Assembly (NCBI RefSeq): GCF_032444005.1
Contig: NC_091285.1
Location: forward strand, 669,848,001-669,912,000
DNA: 64,000 bases
Direction of reading: 5' to 3'
DNA from: Ranitomeya imitator
Taxonomy: Eukaryota
The position numbers were made by a program, and so were the translations under genes. Below the pieces are notes generated by a model that saw only the letters and a list, made by a program, of their open reading frames with translations, was not told the DNA's origin and ran no database searches. Below are positions 1 to 12,700 of this stretch, piece by piece. Positions within the stretch are counted from its first letter, which is position 1, and each line of letters begins with the position of its first letter.

Positions 1-1758
1 CGCGTGGTGGTTTTGACTGATCATAAGAACCTTACTTATCTTGAGTCTGCCAAGCGCTTGAATCCTAGACAGGCCCGTTGGTCGTTATTTTTTGCTCGTT
101 TTGATTTTGTGATTTCATACCTTCCGGGCTCTAAAAATGTGAAGGCGGATGCTCTGTCTAGGAGTTTTGTGCCCGACTCTCCGGGGTTATCTGAGCCGGC
201 GAGTATCCTCAAGGAAGGAGTCATTGTGTCTGCCATCTCCCCTGATTTGCGGAGAGTGTTGCAGAAATTTCAGGCTAATAAACCTGATCGTTGTCCGGCC
301 GAGAAACTGTTCGTCCCTGATAGGTGGACTAGTAAAGTGATCTCTGAACTTCATTGTTCGGTGCTGGCCGGTCATCCAGGAATCTTTGGTACCAGGGAGT
401 TGGTTGCTAGATCCTTCTGGTGGCCATCTCTGTCACGGGATGTGCGTGCTTTTGTGCAGTCCTGTGGAATTTGTGCTAGGGCTAAGCCCTGCTGTTCACG
501 TGCCAGTGGGTTGCTTTTGCCCTTGCCGGTCCCGAAGAGGCCTTGGACACATATTTCGATGGATTTCATTTCTGACCTTCCCGTTTCTCAAAAAATGTCG
601 GTCATTTGGGTGGTCTGTGATCGCTTTTCTAAAATGGTCTATCTGGTGCCCTTGGTTAAATTGCCTTCCTCCTCTGATTTGGTGCCTTTGTTCTTCCAGC
701 ATGTGGTTCGTTTACATGGCATTCCTGAGAATATTGTTTCTGACAGAGGTTCCCAGTTTGTCTCGAGGTACTGGCGAGCCTTTTGTGGTAGGATGGGCAT
801 TGACCTATCTTTCTCCTCGGCCTTCCATCCTCAGACTAATGGCCAGACCGAACGAACCAATCAGACCTTGGAAACATATCTGAGATGTTTTGTTTCCGCT
901 GACCAGGATGATTGGGTGTCATTTTTGCCGTTGGCTGAGTTCGCCCTTAATAATCGGGCCAGCTCGGCTACCTTGGTCTCTCCATTTTTCTGCAATTCTG
1001 GGTTCCATCCTCGTTTCTCTTCAGGACAGGTTGAGTCTTCGGACTGTCCTGGTGTGGATTCTGTGGTGGACAGGTTGCAGCAGATCTGGACTCAGGTAGT
1101 GGACAATTTGACCTTGTCCCAGGAGAAGGCTCAGCTTTTCGCTAATCGCAGACGCCGTGTGGGACCCCGACTTCGTGTTGGGGATCTGGTTTGGTTATCT
1201 TCTCGTCATATTCCTATGAAGGTTTCCTCTCCTAAATTTAAACCTCGTTTTATTGGTCCGTATAGGATTTCTGAGATTCTCAATCCGGTGTCTTTTCGTC
1301 TGACCCTCCCAGACTCCTTTTCCATACATAATGTATTCCATAGGTCGTTGTTGAGGAGATACGTGGCACCTATGGTTCCATCTGTGGAGCCTCCTGCCCC
1401 TGTTTTGGTGGAGGGGGAATTGGAGTATATTGTGGAGAAGATTTTGGATTCTCGTGTCTCTAGACGGAAACTCCAGTATCTGGTCAAATGGAAGGGTTAT
1501 GCTCAGGAAGATAATTCCTGGGTTTTTGCCTCTGATGTCCATGCCCCAGATCTTGTTCGTGCCTTTCATGTGGCTCATCCTGGTCGGCCTGGGGGTTCTG
1601 GTGAGGGTTCGGTGACCCCTCCTCAAGGGGGGGGTACTGTTGTGAATTCTGTGGCTGAGTTCACTTCTGTGGTCACAAGTGGTATTGCAGTCTCTGGGCT
1701 TCCTCCCTCAGGTGTTTTGGTGAGCTCGTTGGCTGCCTTGCTATTTAGCTCCACCTGA
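1..1758 (+). mobile_element. Ty3/Gypsy chromovirus-type LTR retrotransposon, 3' part of pol (end of RNase H, integrase, chromodomain); 5' part lies outside the window
   Basis: Uninterrupted ORF 4..1758. RNase H end (TDHKNLTYL..RQARW); integrase HHCC (LH..GHPG..CGIC); D,D35E (SMDFI, VSDRG, GQTER); GPY motif; chromodomain (EYIVEKILDSR..YLVKWKGY..NSW). Polypurine tract aagggggggg at 1625-1634. Confidence 0.97.
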
Positions 1759-2384
1759 GTCTGTCTTCCTTGCTCCTTGTCAATGTTCCAGTGTTGGATC
1801 TGAGCTACTGCATCTTTCCTTGGGCCTGCTGCTCTGCTAGATAAGTGCTTCTAGTTTGTTTTCTGTTTTTTCTGTCCAGCTTGCTATTAACTTTTGCTGA
1901 AAGCTCTGAGAAGCAAAGGGGTGCACCGCCGTGCTGTTAGTTCGGCACGGTGGGTCTTTTTGCCCCTTTGCGTGGTTTTCGTTTTAGGGTTTTTTGTAGA
2001 CTGCATAGTTCTCTTTGCTATCCTCGCTCTGTCTAGAATATCGGGCCTCACTTTGCTGAATCTATTTCATTCCTACGTTTGTCTTTTCATCTTGCTAACA
2101 GTTATTATATGTGGGGGCTGCCTATTCCTTTGGGGTATTTCTCTGAGGTAAGTCAGGCTTGTATTTCTATCTTCAGGCTAGTCAGCTCCTCAGGCAGTGT
2201 CGAGTTGCATAGGTAGTTATAGGCGCAATCCACTGCTGCTTATAGTTGTGTGAGGATAGATCAGGTACTGCAGTCTACAGAGATTCCACATCTCAGAGCT
2301 CGTCCTATTGTTTTTGGTTATTGCCAGATCTCTGTATGTGCGCTGATTACTGCACGCTGTGTTGCCTGATTGCCAGCCATAACA
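1638..2384 (+). mobile_element. 3' LTR of the Gypsy element (~747 bp)
   Basis: Starts TGTTGTG 3 nt after the polypurine tract; ends CATAACA (imperfect terminal inverted repeat, TG...CA) directly at the 86-bp array. Confidence 0.85.
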
Positions 2385-3579
2385 GATCAGTAATGTATGT
2401 ACACAGTGACTGCACCAGCAGAATAGTGAGTGCAGCTCTGGGGTATAATACAGGATGTAACTCAGGATCAGTAATGTAATGTATGTACACAGTGACTGCA
2501 CCAGCAGAATAGTGAGTGCAGCTCTGGGGTATAATACAGGATGTAACTCAGGATCAGTAATGTAATGTATGTACACAGTGACTGCACCAGCAGAATAGTG
2601 AGTGCAGCTCTGGGGTATAATACAGGATGTAACTCAGGATCAGTAATGTAATGTATGTACACCGTGACTGAACCAGCAGAATAGTGAGTGCAGCTCTGGG
2701 GTATAATACAGGATGTAACTCAGGATCAGTAATGTAATGTATGTACACAGTGACTGCACCAGCAGAATAGTGAGTGCAGCTCTGGGGTATAATACAGGAT
2801 GTAACTCAGGATCAGTAATGTAATGTATGTGCACAGTGACTGCACCAGCAGAATAGTGAGTGCAGCTCTGGGGTATAATACAGGATGTAACTCAGAATCA
2901 GTAATGTAATGTATGTACACAGTGACTGCACCAGCAGAATAGTGAGTGCAGCTCTGGGGTATAATACAGGATGTAACTCAGGATCAGTAATGTAATGTAT
3001 GTACACAGTGACTGCACCAGCAGAATAGTGAGTGCAGCTCTGGAGTATAATACAGGATGTAACTCAGGATCAGTAATGTAATGTATGTGCACAGTGACTG
3101 CACCAGCAGAATAGTGAGTGCAGCTCTGGAGTATAATACAGGATGTAACTCAGGATCAGTAATGTAATGTATGTGCACAGTGACTGCACCAGCAGAATAG
3201 TGAGTGCAGCTCTGGGGTATAATACAGGATGTAACTCAGGATCAGTAATGTAATGTATGTACACTGTGACTGCACCAGCAGAATAGTGAGTGCAGCTCTG
3301 GAGTATAATACAGGATGTAACTCAGGATCAGTAATGTAATGTATGTACACAGTGACTGCACCAGCAGAATAGTGAGTGCAGCTCTGGAGTATAATACAGG
3401 ATGTAACTCAGGATCAGTAATGTAATGTATGTGCACAGTGACTGCACCAGCAGAATAGTGAGTGCAGCTCTGGGGTATAATACAGGATGTAACTCAGAAT
3501 CAGTAATGTAATGTATGTGCACAGTGACTGCACCAGCAGAATAGTGAGTGCAGCTCTGGGGTATAATACAGGATGTAAT
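2385..3579. repeat. 86-bp tandem satellite, ~14 copies
   Basis: Unit gatcagtaatgtaatgtatgtacacagtgactgcaccagcagaatagtgagtgcagctctggggtataatacaggatgtaactcag; the ORF track repeats with an 86-nt period. Confidence 0.97.
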
Positions 3580-3917
3580 GCACAGCCTCCTTATTGCGTC
3601 TTCCTTTCTACAGGTGTTGGAATGTTACTAATGTGGGTACACTGTTCCATTCCATCTTGGCAGCGGTCTCCGGGGTCCTCATCTCTCTATATACACGGAA
3701 TCCACATCCTATTCTACATATAATGAGGAACTGAACAATGACTGTAACAGGCGCTGACCCCATTACTTCTCCGGAGGGTTTTGCCCCTGGGCCATTGTCT
3801 TCTCGTCTGGTTTCTCGGTTATTAGCATAGAATAGTAGGAGATGCAGAGCGCAGAGCTCGGGGGTAATGACAGCACTTCATGTGCACAGCCATAATATCA
3901 CCAGCAATAATGACTAA

Positions 3918-4310
3918 GGCTATGTGCACACATTGCGGATTCTCTGCAGAGCCGCAGCGTTTTTTGAGGTGCAGAAAAGCTGCAGATCCGCAATTGATTT
4001 ACAGTACAATGTAAATCACTGAGAAAAAAAAATGCTATGCTCACGTTGCGGAAAATCTGCTGCGGAAACGCTGCGGTTTAAAAGAAGTAGCATGTCACTT
4101 CTTTTTTGTAAATCTGCAGCATTTTTGTACCCATTCCATTATAGAAAACCGCAGGGGTAAAAAATGCAGCAAATCCGCAAGAAAACCGCAGAAAAAACGC
4201 TGCGGAACCGCACAAAAACCGCGACAAAACTGCAGGTGCGTTTTCTGCCAGGAGAGGCAGAATCCGCACCAGAAATTCCTAAGCCTAATCCGCAACATGT
4301 GCACATAGCC
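3918..4310. mobile_element. PIF/Harbinger-type MITE
   Basis: TIR GGCTATGTGCACA...TGTGCACATAGCC; flanks TAA (left) and TTA (right); internal gcgg/ccgc repeats. Confidence 0.85.
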
Positions 4311-4851
4311 TTATAGCTGACAATTAATGTGTGATCGGGGAGGTTCCTCTTCTAGGCCGTGGCGCTGAGACAGTGACATACATCCCAGTGTGGCTGTGTG
4401 TGGTACTGCAGCTCGAATGCAAACAATAGATTGGCCTGCTGGACGGACAGTGTCCGCTGTCTGCATTATGGACGCCTGCCATATATGATGGGAATAGTCG
4501 TGCTGCTGTATCTAAGCATCAGGACTAGGATTTCGGCCTAATGATATACTCAAACCTGCCATGTGTGATACCATGTGCCTGGAGCATCCCAGCCTGTCCC
4601 GCTGATCGTTTCTGCCAAGTTGATCGATTTAGGTCCTAGTTGAGCTCAATTAGATCATCACATAGGTCTGCTGAGCTGCCGTATCTAAGCCTGCCTTGTG
4701 TGATACTGTCAGACACAGTGCATCTATGTCTATCATATATGATGACATCTGAGCTGCTGGGTGATCCTGTCATGTGTGATACAATCTAATGAGCCTCTGT
4801 GTCTCAGCTTATGATGTATTATTACCAAGCTTGTGTAGCTAAGTCTATCAT

Positions 4852-5350
4852 ATGATACTGTCTGCACGCCCCGTGCATCTCAGCCTCTGCAGTGTGATAC
4901 TGTCTGCACGCCCCGTGCATCTCAGCCTCTGCAGTGTGATACCGTCTGCACGCCCCGTGCATCTCAGCCTCTGCAGTGTGATACCGTCTGCACGCCCCGT
5001 GCATCTCAGCCTCTGCAGTGTGATACCGTCTGCACGCCCAGTGTATCTCAGCCTCTGCAGTGTGATACCGTCTGCACGCCCCGTGCATCTCAGCCTCTGC
5101 AGTGTGATACCGTCTGCACGCCCAGTGCATCTCAGCCTCTGCAGTGTGATACCGTCTGCACGCCCCGTGCATCTCAGCCTCTGCAGTGTGATACCGTCTG
5201 CACACCCCGTGTATCTCAGCCTCTGCAGTGTGATACTGTCTGCACGCCCCGTGTATCTCAGCCTCTGCAGTGTGATACCGTCTGCACGCCCCGTGCATCT
5301 CAGCCTCTGCAGTGTGATACTGTCTGCGCACCCCAGGTATCTCAGCCTCT
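4852..5350. repeat. 42-bp minisatellite, ~12 copies
   Basis: Unit gtgtgataccgtctgcacgccccgtgcatctcagcctctgca; gives a 14-aa periodic pseudo-ORF. Confidence 0.95.
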
Positions 5351-5411
5351 CATGCTGGCTGCATGCCCAGGTCCGTCTGTTGCAGTGATTGGAGCCCTGG
5401 TAATGAGCTGA

Positions 5412-5880
5412 GGCTCTGCAGTGGGGGTCCGGGGCTCTGCAGTGAGGGTCCAAGGCTCTGCAATGAGGGTTGGAGGCTCGGGAGTGAGGGTTGGGGGGCT
5501 CTGCAGTGAGCGTTGGGGGGCTCTGCAGTGAGCGTTGGGGGGCTCTGCAGTGAGGGTTGGGGGCTCTGGAGTGAGGGTTGGGGGGCTCTGCAGTGAGGGT
5601 TGGGGGGCTCTGCAGTGTGGGTTGGGGGGCTCTGCAGTGAGGGTTGGGGGGCTCTGCAGTGAGGGTCCGGGGCTCTGCAGTGGGGGTCCGGGGCTCTGCA
5701 GTGAGGGTTGGGGGCTCTGGAGTGAGGGTTGGGGGGCTCTGCAGTGAGGGTTGGGGGGCTCTGCAGTGAGGGTTGGGGGGCTCTGCAGTGGGGGTCCGGG
5801 GCTCTGCAGTGGGGGTCCGGGGCTCTGCAGTGAGGGTTGGGGGCTCTGGAGTGAGGGTCCAGGTCTCTGCAGTGAGGGGC
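5412..5880. repeat. 21-22-bp G-rich minisatellite
   Basis: Unit ~ctctgcagtgagggttgggggg with gggggtccgggg variants. Confidence 0.93.
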
Positions 5881-6275
5881 GGCACTGGTTATGTAAGGGG
5901 CTCAGATGCTGGCGGACTCTGCCCGCTCGGTCTCCTCGGCGCCCCCCACTGCTGCTTTGTTTAACTCAAATTAAGCAGAAAAATGAAAACACAGGAGGGG
6001 CGGAGGCCGGAGACGCCGGGTGCTGGCAGTACACAGCGCACAGAGGGGGCACCCGGACCATGGGGGAGGGGAAGCAGAGCCGGAGCAGTCACACTCATAT
6101 GTAGGGGTAAGACCCCCTAACCTCCGCCGGCTCGTCTGGAGATGACGGGCAGCCATTACCTATCACCAATACAGAGGGGCACTGAGCCACTGGACAGGAG
6201 CAGGGGGCCGTGCCCACCGCTGATCTCTACCCCCGTAATCACGACACAACGCTGGAGTATTATATATAAACCGAG

Positions 6276-6281
6276 TTTATT
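6276..6281 (-). terminator. Probable polyadenylation signal of get3
   Basis: AATAAA on the minus strand (tttatt) ~360 nt past the get3 stop codon. Confidence 0.6.
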
Positions 6282-6640
6282 TCTCCTCCTGCCCCCGGGC
6301 TCTACAGGGTGATATTTAGGGGAGAGACAGGGGCCCGGGTGGTCCCGGCTCCGTCACTACAGGCAGGCGGCAGCCATGCTCCATACGGACCATCGGGGCA
6401 GCTGTCTTATGGTGATGGGAGATGAAGAGACGGAGGGGGGCACGATGATCAAACGCACGGGGCCCCAAAATCTGAAAATAAATATATACCCCTCCCAAAA
6501 TAATAAAAAAAGTGACGGGGTGGGAGAAGGGACAAAAGACAGGAGGATCTGGGAAGGATGGACCCTGATCTGTCAGTCACAGGGGTGTAATGTGTCTTGT
6601 GCCTCAAGGAGGATTGTAACCCAGCATCACCCCCCAAATC

Positions 6641-6772
6641 TCATTTCCCGCTGGGGGGCTTGTACGGCTCGAGGAGAAGGTTAGAGAAGGTGTTGACGTT
6701 TTCCACCCCTCGGACCTCGTGAGGGAGAAGAGGAAGCTTCACAATATGGAAATCTTCATACAGATCCTCCAT
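6641..6772 (-). CDS. get3: get3 coding exon 7 (last)
   Basis: [43 protein letters not shown]; acceptor AG at 6773-6774. Confidence 0.95.
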   Translation of the reverse strand: MEDLYEDFHIVKLPLLPHEVRGVENVNTFSNLLLEPYKPPSGK

Positions 6773-9700
6773 CTATGGGAAAAGAGACAGCGGTCAGTAA
6801 CGGGAGAGTCAGATATAGAGTGACGCCCAGTGGCAGAGAGCGGTATTACACAAATTAACCCCAGATATGAGGCTACACCTCATATAGGAAGTCAGCACCC
6901 CAGATAAGAAGGCTGCACCCAGGATAGGAGGCCGCACCCAGGATAGGAAGGCTGAACCCCAGATAGGAGACTGAACCCCGGATAAGAAGGCTGCACCCCG
7001 GATAGGAGGCTGCACCCCGGATAGGAAGGCCGCACCCAGGATAGGAAGGCTGGACCCCGGATAGGAGGCTGCACCCCGGATAGGAAAGCTGCACCCCGGA
7101 TAGGAGGCTGCACCCCGGATAGGAGGCTGCACCCAGGATAGGAGGCTGAACCCAGGATAGGAGGCTGAACCCCGGATAGGAGGCTGAACCCCGGATAGGA
7201 GGCTGAACCCCAGATAGGAGACTGCACCCCTGATAGGAGACTGCACCCCGGATAGAGGACTGAACCCCAGATAAGAAGGCTGCACCCCGGATAGGAGGCT
7301 GCACCCAGGATAGGAGGCTGCACCCAGGATAGGAGGCTGAACCCAGGATAGGAGGCTGAACCCAGGATAGGAGGCTGAACCCCGGATAGGAGGCTGAACC
7401 TCAGATAGGAGACTGCACCCCGGATAGAAGACTGCACCCTGGATAGAAGACTGAACCCCAGATAAGAAGGTTGAACCCCGGATAGGAAGGCTGAACCCAG
7501 GATAGGAAGGCTGCACCCAGGATAGGAGACTGCACCCCGGATAGGAGACTGCACCCCGGATAGGAAGGCTGAACCTCGGATAGGAAGGCTGAACCTCGGA
7601 TAGGAAGGCTGCACCCCGGATAGGAGGCTGCACCCCGGATAGGAAGGCTGCACCCCGGATAGGAGGCTGCACCCCGGATAGGAAGGCTGTACCCCGGATA
7701 GGAAGGCTGCACCCCGGATAGGAAGGCTGCACCCAGGATAGGAGACTGCACCCCGGATAGGAGACTGCACCCAGGATAGGAGACTGCACCCCGGATAGGA
7801 GGCTGCACCCAGGATAGGAGACTGCACCCCGGATAGGAGACTGCACCCAGGATAGGAGACTGCACCCCGGATAGGAGACTGCACCCAGGATAGGAGGCTG
7901 CACCCAGGATAGGAAAGGTGCACCCCGGATAGGAAGGCTGCACCCCGGATAGGAAAGGTGCACCCCGGATAGGAAGGCTGCACCCCGGATAGGAAGGCTG
8001 CACCCCGGATAGGAAGGCTGCACCCCAGATAGGAGACTGCACCCTGGATAGGAGACTGCACCCAGGATAGGAGGCTGCACCCAGGATAGGAGACTGCACC
8101 CAGGATAGGAGGCCGCACCCAGGATAAGAGACTGCACCCCGGATAGGAGGCTGCACCCAGGATAGGAGACTGAACCCCGGATAGGAAGGCTGCACCCCAG
8201 ATAGGAAAGCTGCACCCAGGATAGGAGACTGCACCCAGTATAGGAGGCCGCACCCAGGATAAGAGACTGCACCCAGGATAGTAGGCCGCACCCAGGATAA
8301 GAGACCGCACCCCGGATAGGAAGGCTGCACCCCGGATAGGAGGCTGCACCCCGGATAGGAGGCTGCACCCCGGATAAGAGGCTGCACCCAGGATAGGAGA
8401 CTGCACCCAGGATAGGAGGCCGCACCCAGGATAAGAGGCTGCACCCAGGATAGGAGGCCGCACCCAGGATAAGAGACTGCACCCCGGATAGGAAGGCTGC
8501 ACCCCGGATAGGAGGCTGCACCCCGGATAGGAAGGCTGCACCCCGGATAAGAGACTGCACCCCGGATAGGAAGGCTGCACCCCGGATAGGAGGCTGCACC
8601 CCGGATAGGAAGGCTGCACCCCGGATAGGAAGGCTGCACCCCGGATAGGAGGCTGCACCCAGGATAGGAGGCTGCACCCAGGATAGGAGACTGCACCCTG
8701 GATAGGAAGGCTGCACCCAGGATAGGAGGCTGCACCCAGGATAGGAGACTGCACCCCGGATAGGAGGATGCACCCAGGATAGGAGGCCGCACCCAGGATA
8801 GGAGACTGCACCCAGGATAGGAGGCTGCACCCAGGATAGGAAGGCTGCACCCCGGATAGGAAGGCTGCACCCCGGATAGGAGACTGCACCCAGGATAGGA
8901 AGGCTGCACCCCGGATAGGAAGGCTGCACCCCGGATAGGAGGCCGCACCCAGGATACGAGGCCGCACCCAGGATACGAGGCCGCACCCAGGATAGGAGGC
9001 CGCACCCAGGATAGGAGGCCGCACCCAGGATAGGAGGCCGCACCCAGGATAGGAGGCCGCACCCAGGATAGGAGGCCGCACCCAGGATAGGAGGCCGCAC
9101 CCAGGATAGGAGGCCGCACCCTGGATAGGAGGCTGCACCCAGGATAGGAGGCTGCACCCAGGATAGGAGGCTGCACCCAGGATAGGAGACTGCACCCAGG
9201 ATAGGAGACTGCACCCAGGATAGGAGACTGCACCCAGGATAGGAGACTGCACCCAGGATAGGAGGCCGCACCCAGGATAGGAGGCCGCACCCAGGATAGG
9301 AGACTGCACCCAGGATAGGAGGCTGCACCCAGGATAGGAGACTGCACCCAGGATAGGAGGCAGCACCCAGGATAGGAGGCTGCACCCAGGATAGGAGACT
9401 GCACCCAGGATAGGAGGCAGCACCCAGGATAGGAGGCTGCACCCAGGATAGGAGACTGCACCCAGGATAGGAGGCTGCACCCAGGATAGGAGGCTGCACC
9501 CAGGATAGGAGACTGCACCCAGGATAGGAGGCTGCACCCAGGATAGGAGACTGCACCCAGGATAGGAGGCAGCACCCAGGATAGGAGGCTGCACCCAGGA
9601 TAGGAGACTGCACCCAGGATAGGAGACTGCACCCAGGATAGGAGGCAGCACCCAGGATAGGAGGCTGCACCCAGGATAGGAGACTGCACCCAGGATAGGA

Positions 9701-12700
9701 GGCTGCACCCAGGATAGGAGGCTGCACCCAGGATAGGAGACTGCACCCAGGATAGGAGGCTGCACCCAGGATAGGAGGCTGCACCCAGGATAGGAGACTG
9801 CACCCAGGATAGGAGGCTGCACCCAGGATAGGAGGCTGCACCCAGGATAGGAGACTGCACCCAGGATAGGAGGCTGCACCCAGGATAGGAGGCTGCACCC
9901 ACACATTTTCCAGGTCTTCATATTTCCAGGAAAAACAAAATTTAACTGCTTGAACTGAAAACAAAAAATGGAGATCGTCCACTCCTCATGTGTCACCTAC
10001 CTGGTCCAAGTATTTGGACTGAATCTTGTGCCGGGCCTCACACATACGACAGGGCTTCTCGGGGTCGGGAAACACCAACTGGTTAACGATGATATTGTGT
10101 GTGTCTATTTTACACTTGGCCAATTCCTGGATCAGCCGCTCAGTCTCATAGAGAGACAGGAACTCCGCAATACACACACAGATGAAGGTGGTCTGCTCCT
10201 GTGTACGAGAAAGCGGCATCAGCAAGCACCAACCCGCTCTGTAGGGGGCAGTATTATAGTAGTTATATTCTTGTACATAGTGGACGGTATTATAGTAGTT
10301 ATATTCTTGTACATAGGGGGCAGTATTATAGTAGTTATATTCTTGTACATAGGGGCAGTATTATAGTAGTTATATTCCTGTACATAGGGGGCAGTATTAT
10401 AGTAGTTATATTCCTGTACATAGGAGCAGTATTATAGTAGTTATATTGTTGTACATAGGAGCAGTATTATAGTAGTTATATTCTTGTACATAGGGGGCAG
10501 TATTATAGTAGTTATATTCCTGTACATAGGGGCAGTATTATAGTAGTTATATTGTTGTGCATAGGAGCAGTATTATAGTAGTTATATTCTTGTACATAGG
10601 GGGCAGTATTATAGTAGTTATATTCTTGTATATAGGGGCAGTATTATAGTAGTTATATTGTTGTGCATAGGAGCAGTATTATAGTAGTTATATTCCTGTA
10701 CATTGGGGCAGTATTATAGTAGTTATATTCTTGTACATAGGAGCAGTATTATAGTAGTTATATTCTTGTACATAGGGGCAGTATTATAGTAGTTATATTC
10801 TTGTACATAGGGGCAGTATTATAGTAGTTATATTCTTGTACATAGGGGCAGTATTATAGTAGTTATATTCTTGTACATAGGGGCAGTATTATAGTAGTTA
10901 TATTGTTGTGCATAGGAGCAGTATTATAGTAGTTATATTCTTGTACATAGGGGGCAGTATTATAGTAGTTATATTCTTGTATATAGGGGACAGTATTATA
11001 GTAGTTATATTCTTGTACATAGGAGCAGTATTATAGTAGTTATATTCTTGTACATAGGGGCAGTATTATAGTAGTTATATTCTTGTACATAGGAGCAGTA
11101 TTATAGTAGTTATATTCTTGTACATAGGGGCAGTATTATAGTAGTTATATTCTTGTACATAGGAGCAGTATTATAGTAGTTATATTCTTGTACATAGGGG
11201 CAGTATTATAGTAGTTATATTCTTGTGCATAGGGGGCAGTATTATAGTAGTTATATTCTTGTACATGGGGCAGTATTATAGTAGTTATATTCTTGTACAT
11301 AGGGGCAGTATTATAGTAGTTATATTCTTGTACATAGGGGGCAGTATTATAGTAGTTATATTCTTGTACATAGGGGCAGTATTATAGTAGTTATATTCTT
11401 GTACATAGGGGGCAGTATTATAGTAGTTATATTCTTGTACATAGGGGCAGTATTATAGTAGTTATATTCTTGTACATAGGGGCAGTATTATAGTAGTTAT
11501 ATTCTTGTACATAGGGGCAGTATTATAGTAGTTATATTCTTGTACATAGGAGCAGTATTATAGTAGTTATATTCTTGTACATAGGGGCAGTATTATAGTA
11601 GTTATACTCTTGTACATAGGGGGCAGTATTATAGTAGTTATATCCCTGTACATAGGAGCAGTATTATAGTAGTTATATTCTTGTACATAGGGGCAGTATT
11701 ATGGTAGTTATATTCTTGTACATAGGAGCAGTATTATAGTAGTTATATTCTTGTACATAGGAGCAGTATTATAGTAGTTATATTCCTGTACATAGGGGGC
11801 AATATTATAGTAGTTATATTCTTGTACATAGGGGCAGTATTATAGTAGTTATATTCTTGTACATAGGGGGCAGTATTATAGTAGTTATATTCTTGTACAT
11901 AGGGAGCAGTATTATAGTAGTTATATTCTTGTACACAGGGGCAGTATTATAGTAGTTATATCCCTGTACATAGGAGCAGTAGTATAGTAGTTATATTCTT
12001 GTACATAGGGGCAGTATTATAGTAGTTATATTCTTGTACATAGGGGCAGTATTATAGTAGTTACATTCTTGTACATAGGAGCAGTATTATAGTAGTTATA
12101 TTCTTGCACATAGGAGCAGTATTATAGTAGTTATATTCTTGTACATAGGGGGAAGTATTATAGTAGTTATAGGGGGCAGTATTATAGTAGTTATATTCTT
12201 GTACATAGGGGCAGTATTATAGTAGTTATATTCCTGTACATATGAGCAGTATTATAGTAGTTATATTCTTGTATGTAGGGGGCAGTATTATAGTAGGTAT
12301 ATTCTTGTATGTAGGGGGCAGTATTATAGTAGGTATATTCTTGTATGTAGGGGGCAGTATTATAGTAGTTATATTCTTGTATGTAGGGGGCAGTATTATA
12401 GTAGTTATATTCTTGTACGTAGGGGGCAGTATTAGAGTAGTTATATTCTTAGGATTAGATTTCAGGCTGATATTCTGTCCCATGAGTTGCACATCTCACC
12501 GGATCCTTGAATTGCTCGCTGACTGATCGGATGACCGGCAGAGTCTCTTCTAGCTTGGAAGCCAGTTGATCGGCATTCATGTCCCCAAGTCCCAACATGT
12601 TGCACATCTGAGGGCAGGAGAAGTAACATCAGGGTGTGACTATTCTTAGTTCTCACAGCAGGTACCAGACTGACACCAGCTGATGGATGAGGAGCGGCTT

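Noticed and set aside
2385-3579. Regularly spaced repeats as a possible CRISPR array (also 49880-52507 and 58405-60935)
   Set aside because: Units are head-to-tail with no unique spacers, there are no cas genes, and the context is eukaryotic.
3580-6250. BEST2 or HOOK2 exons expected from human synteny; TNPO2 exons on the other side
   Set aside because: No segment translated to recognisable bestrophin, Hook or transportin sequence.
6809-9996. Three 800-1050-aa ORFs
   Set aside because: They are translations of the 19-bp array, open in all three frames with a 19-aa period, and lie inside get3 intron 6.
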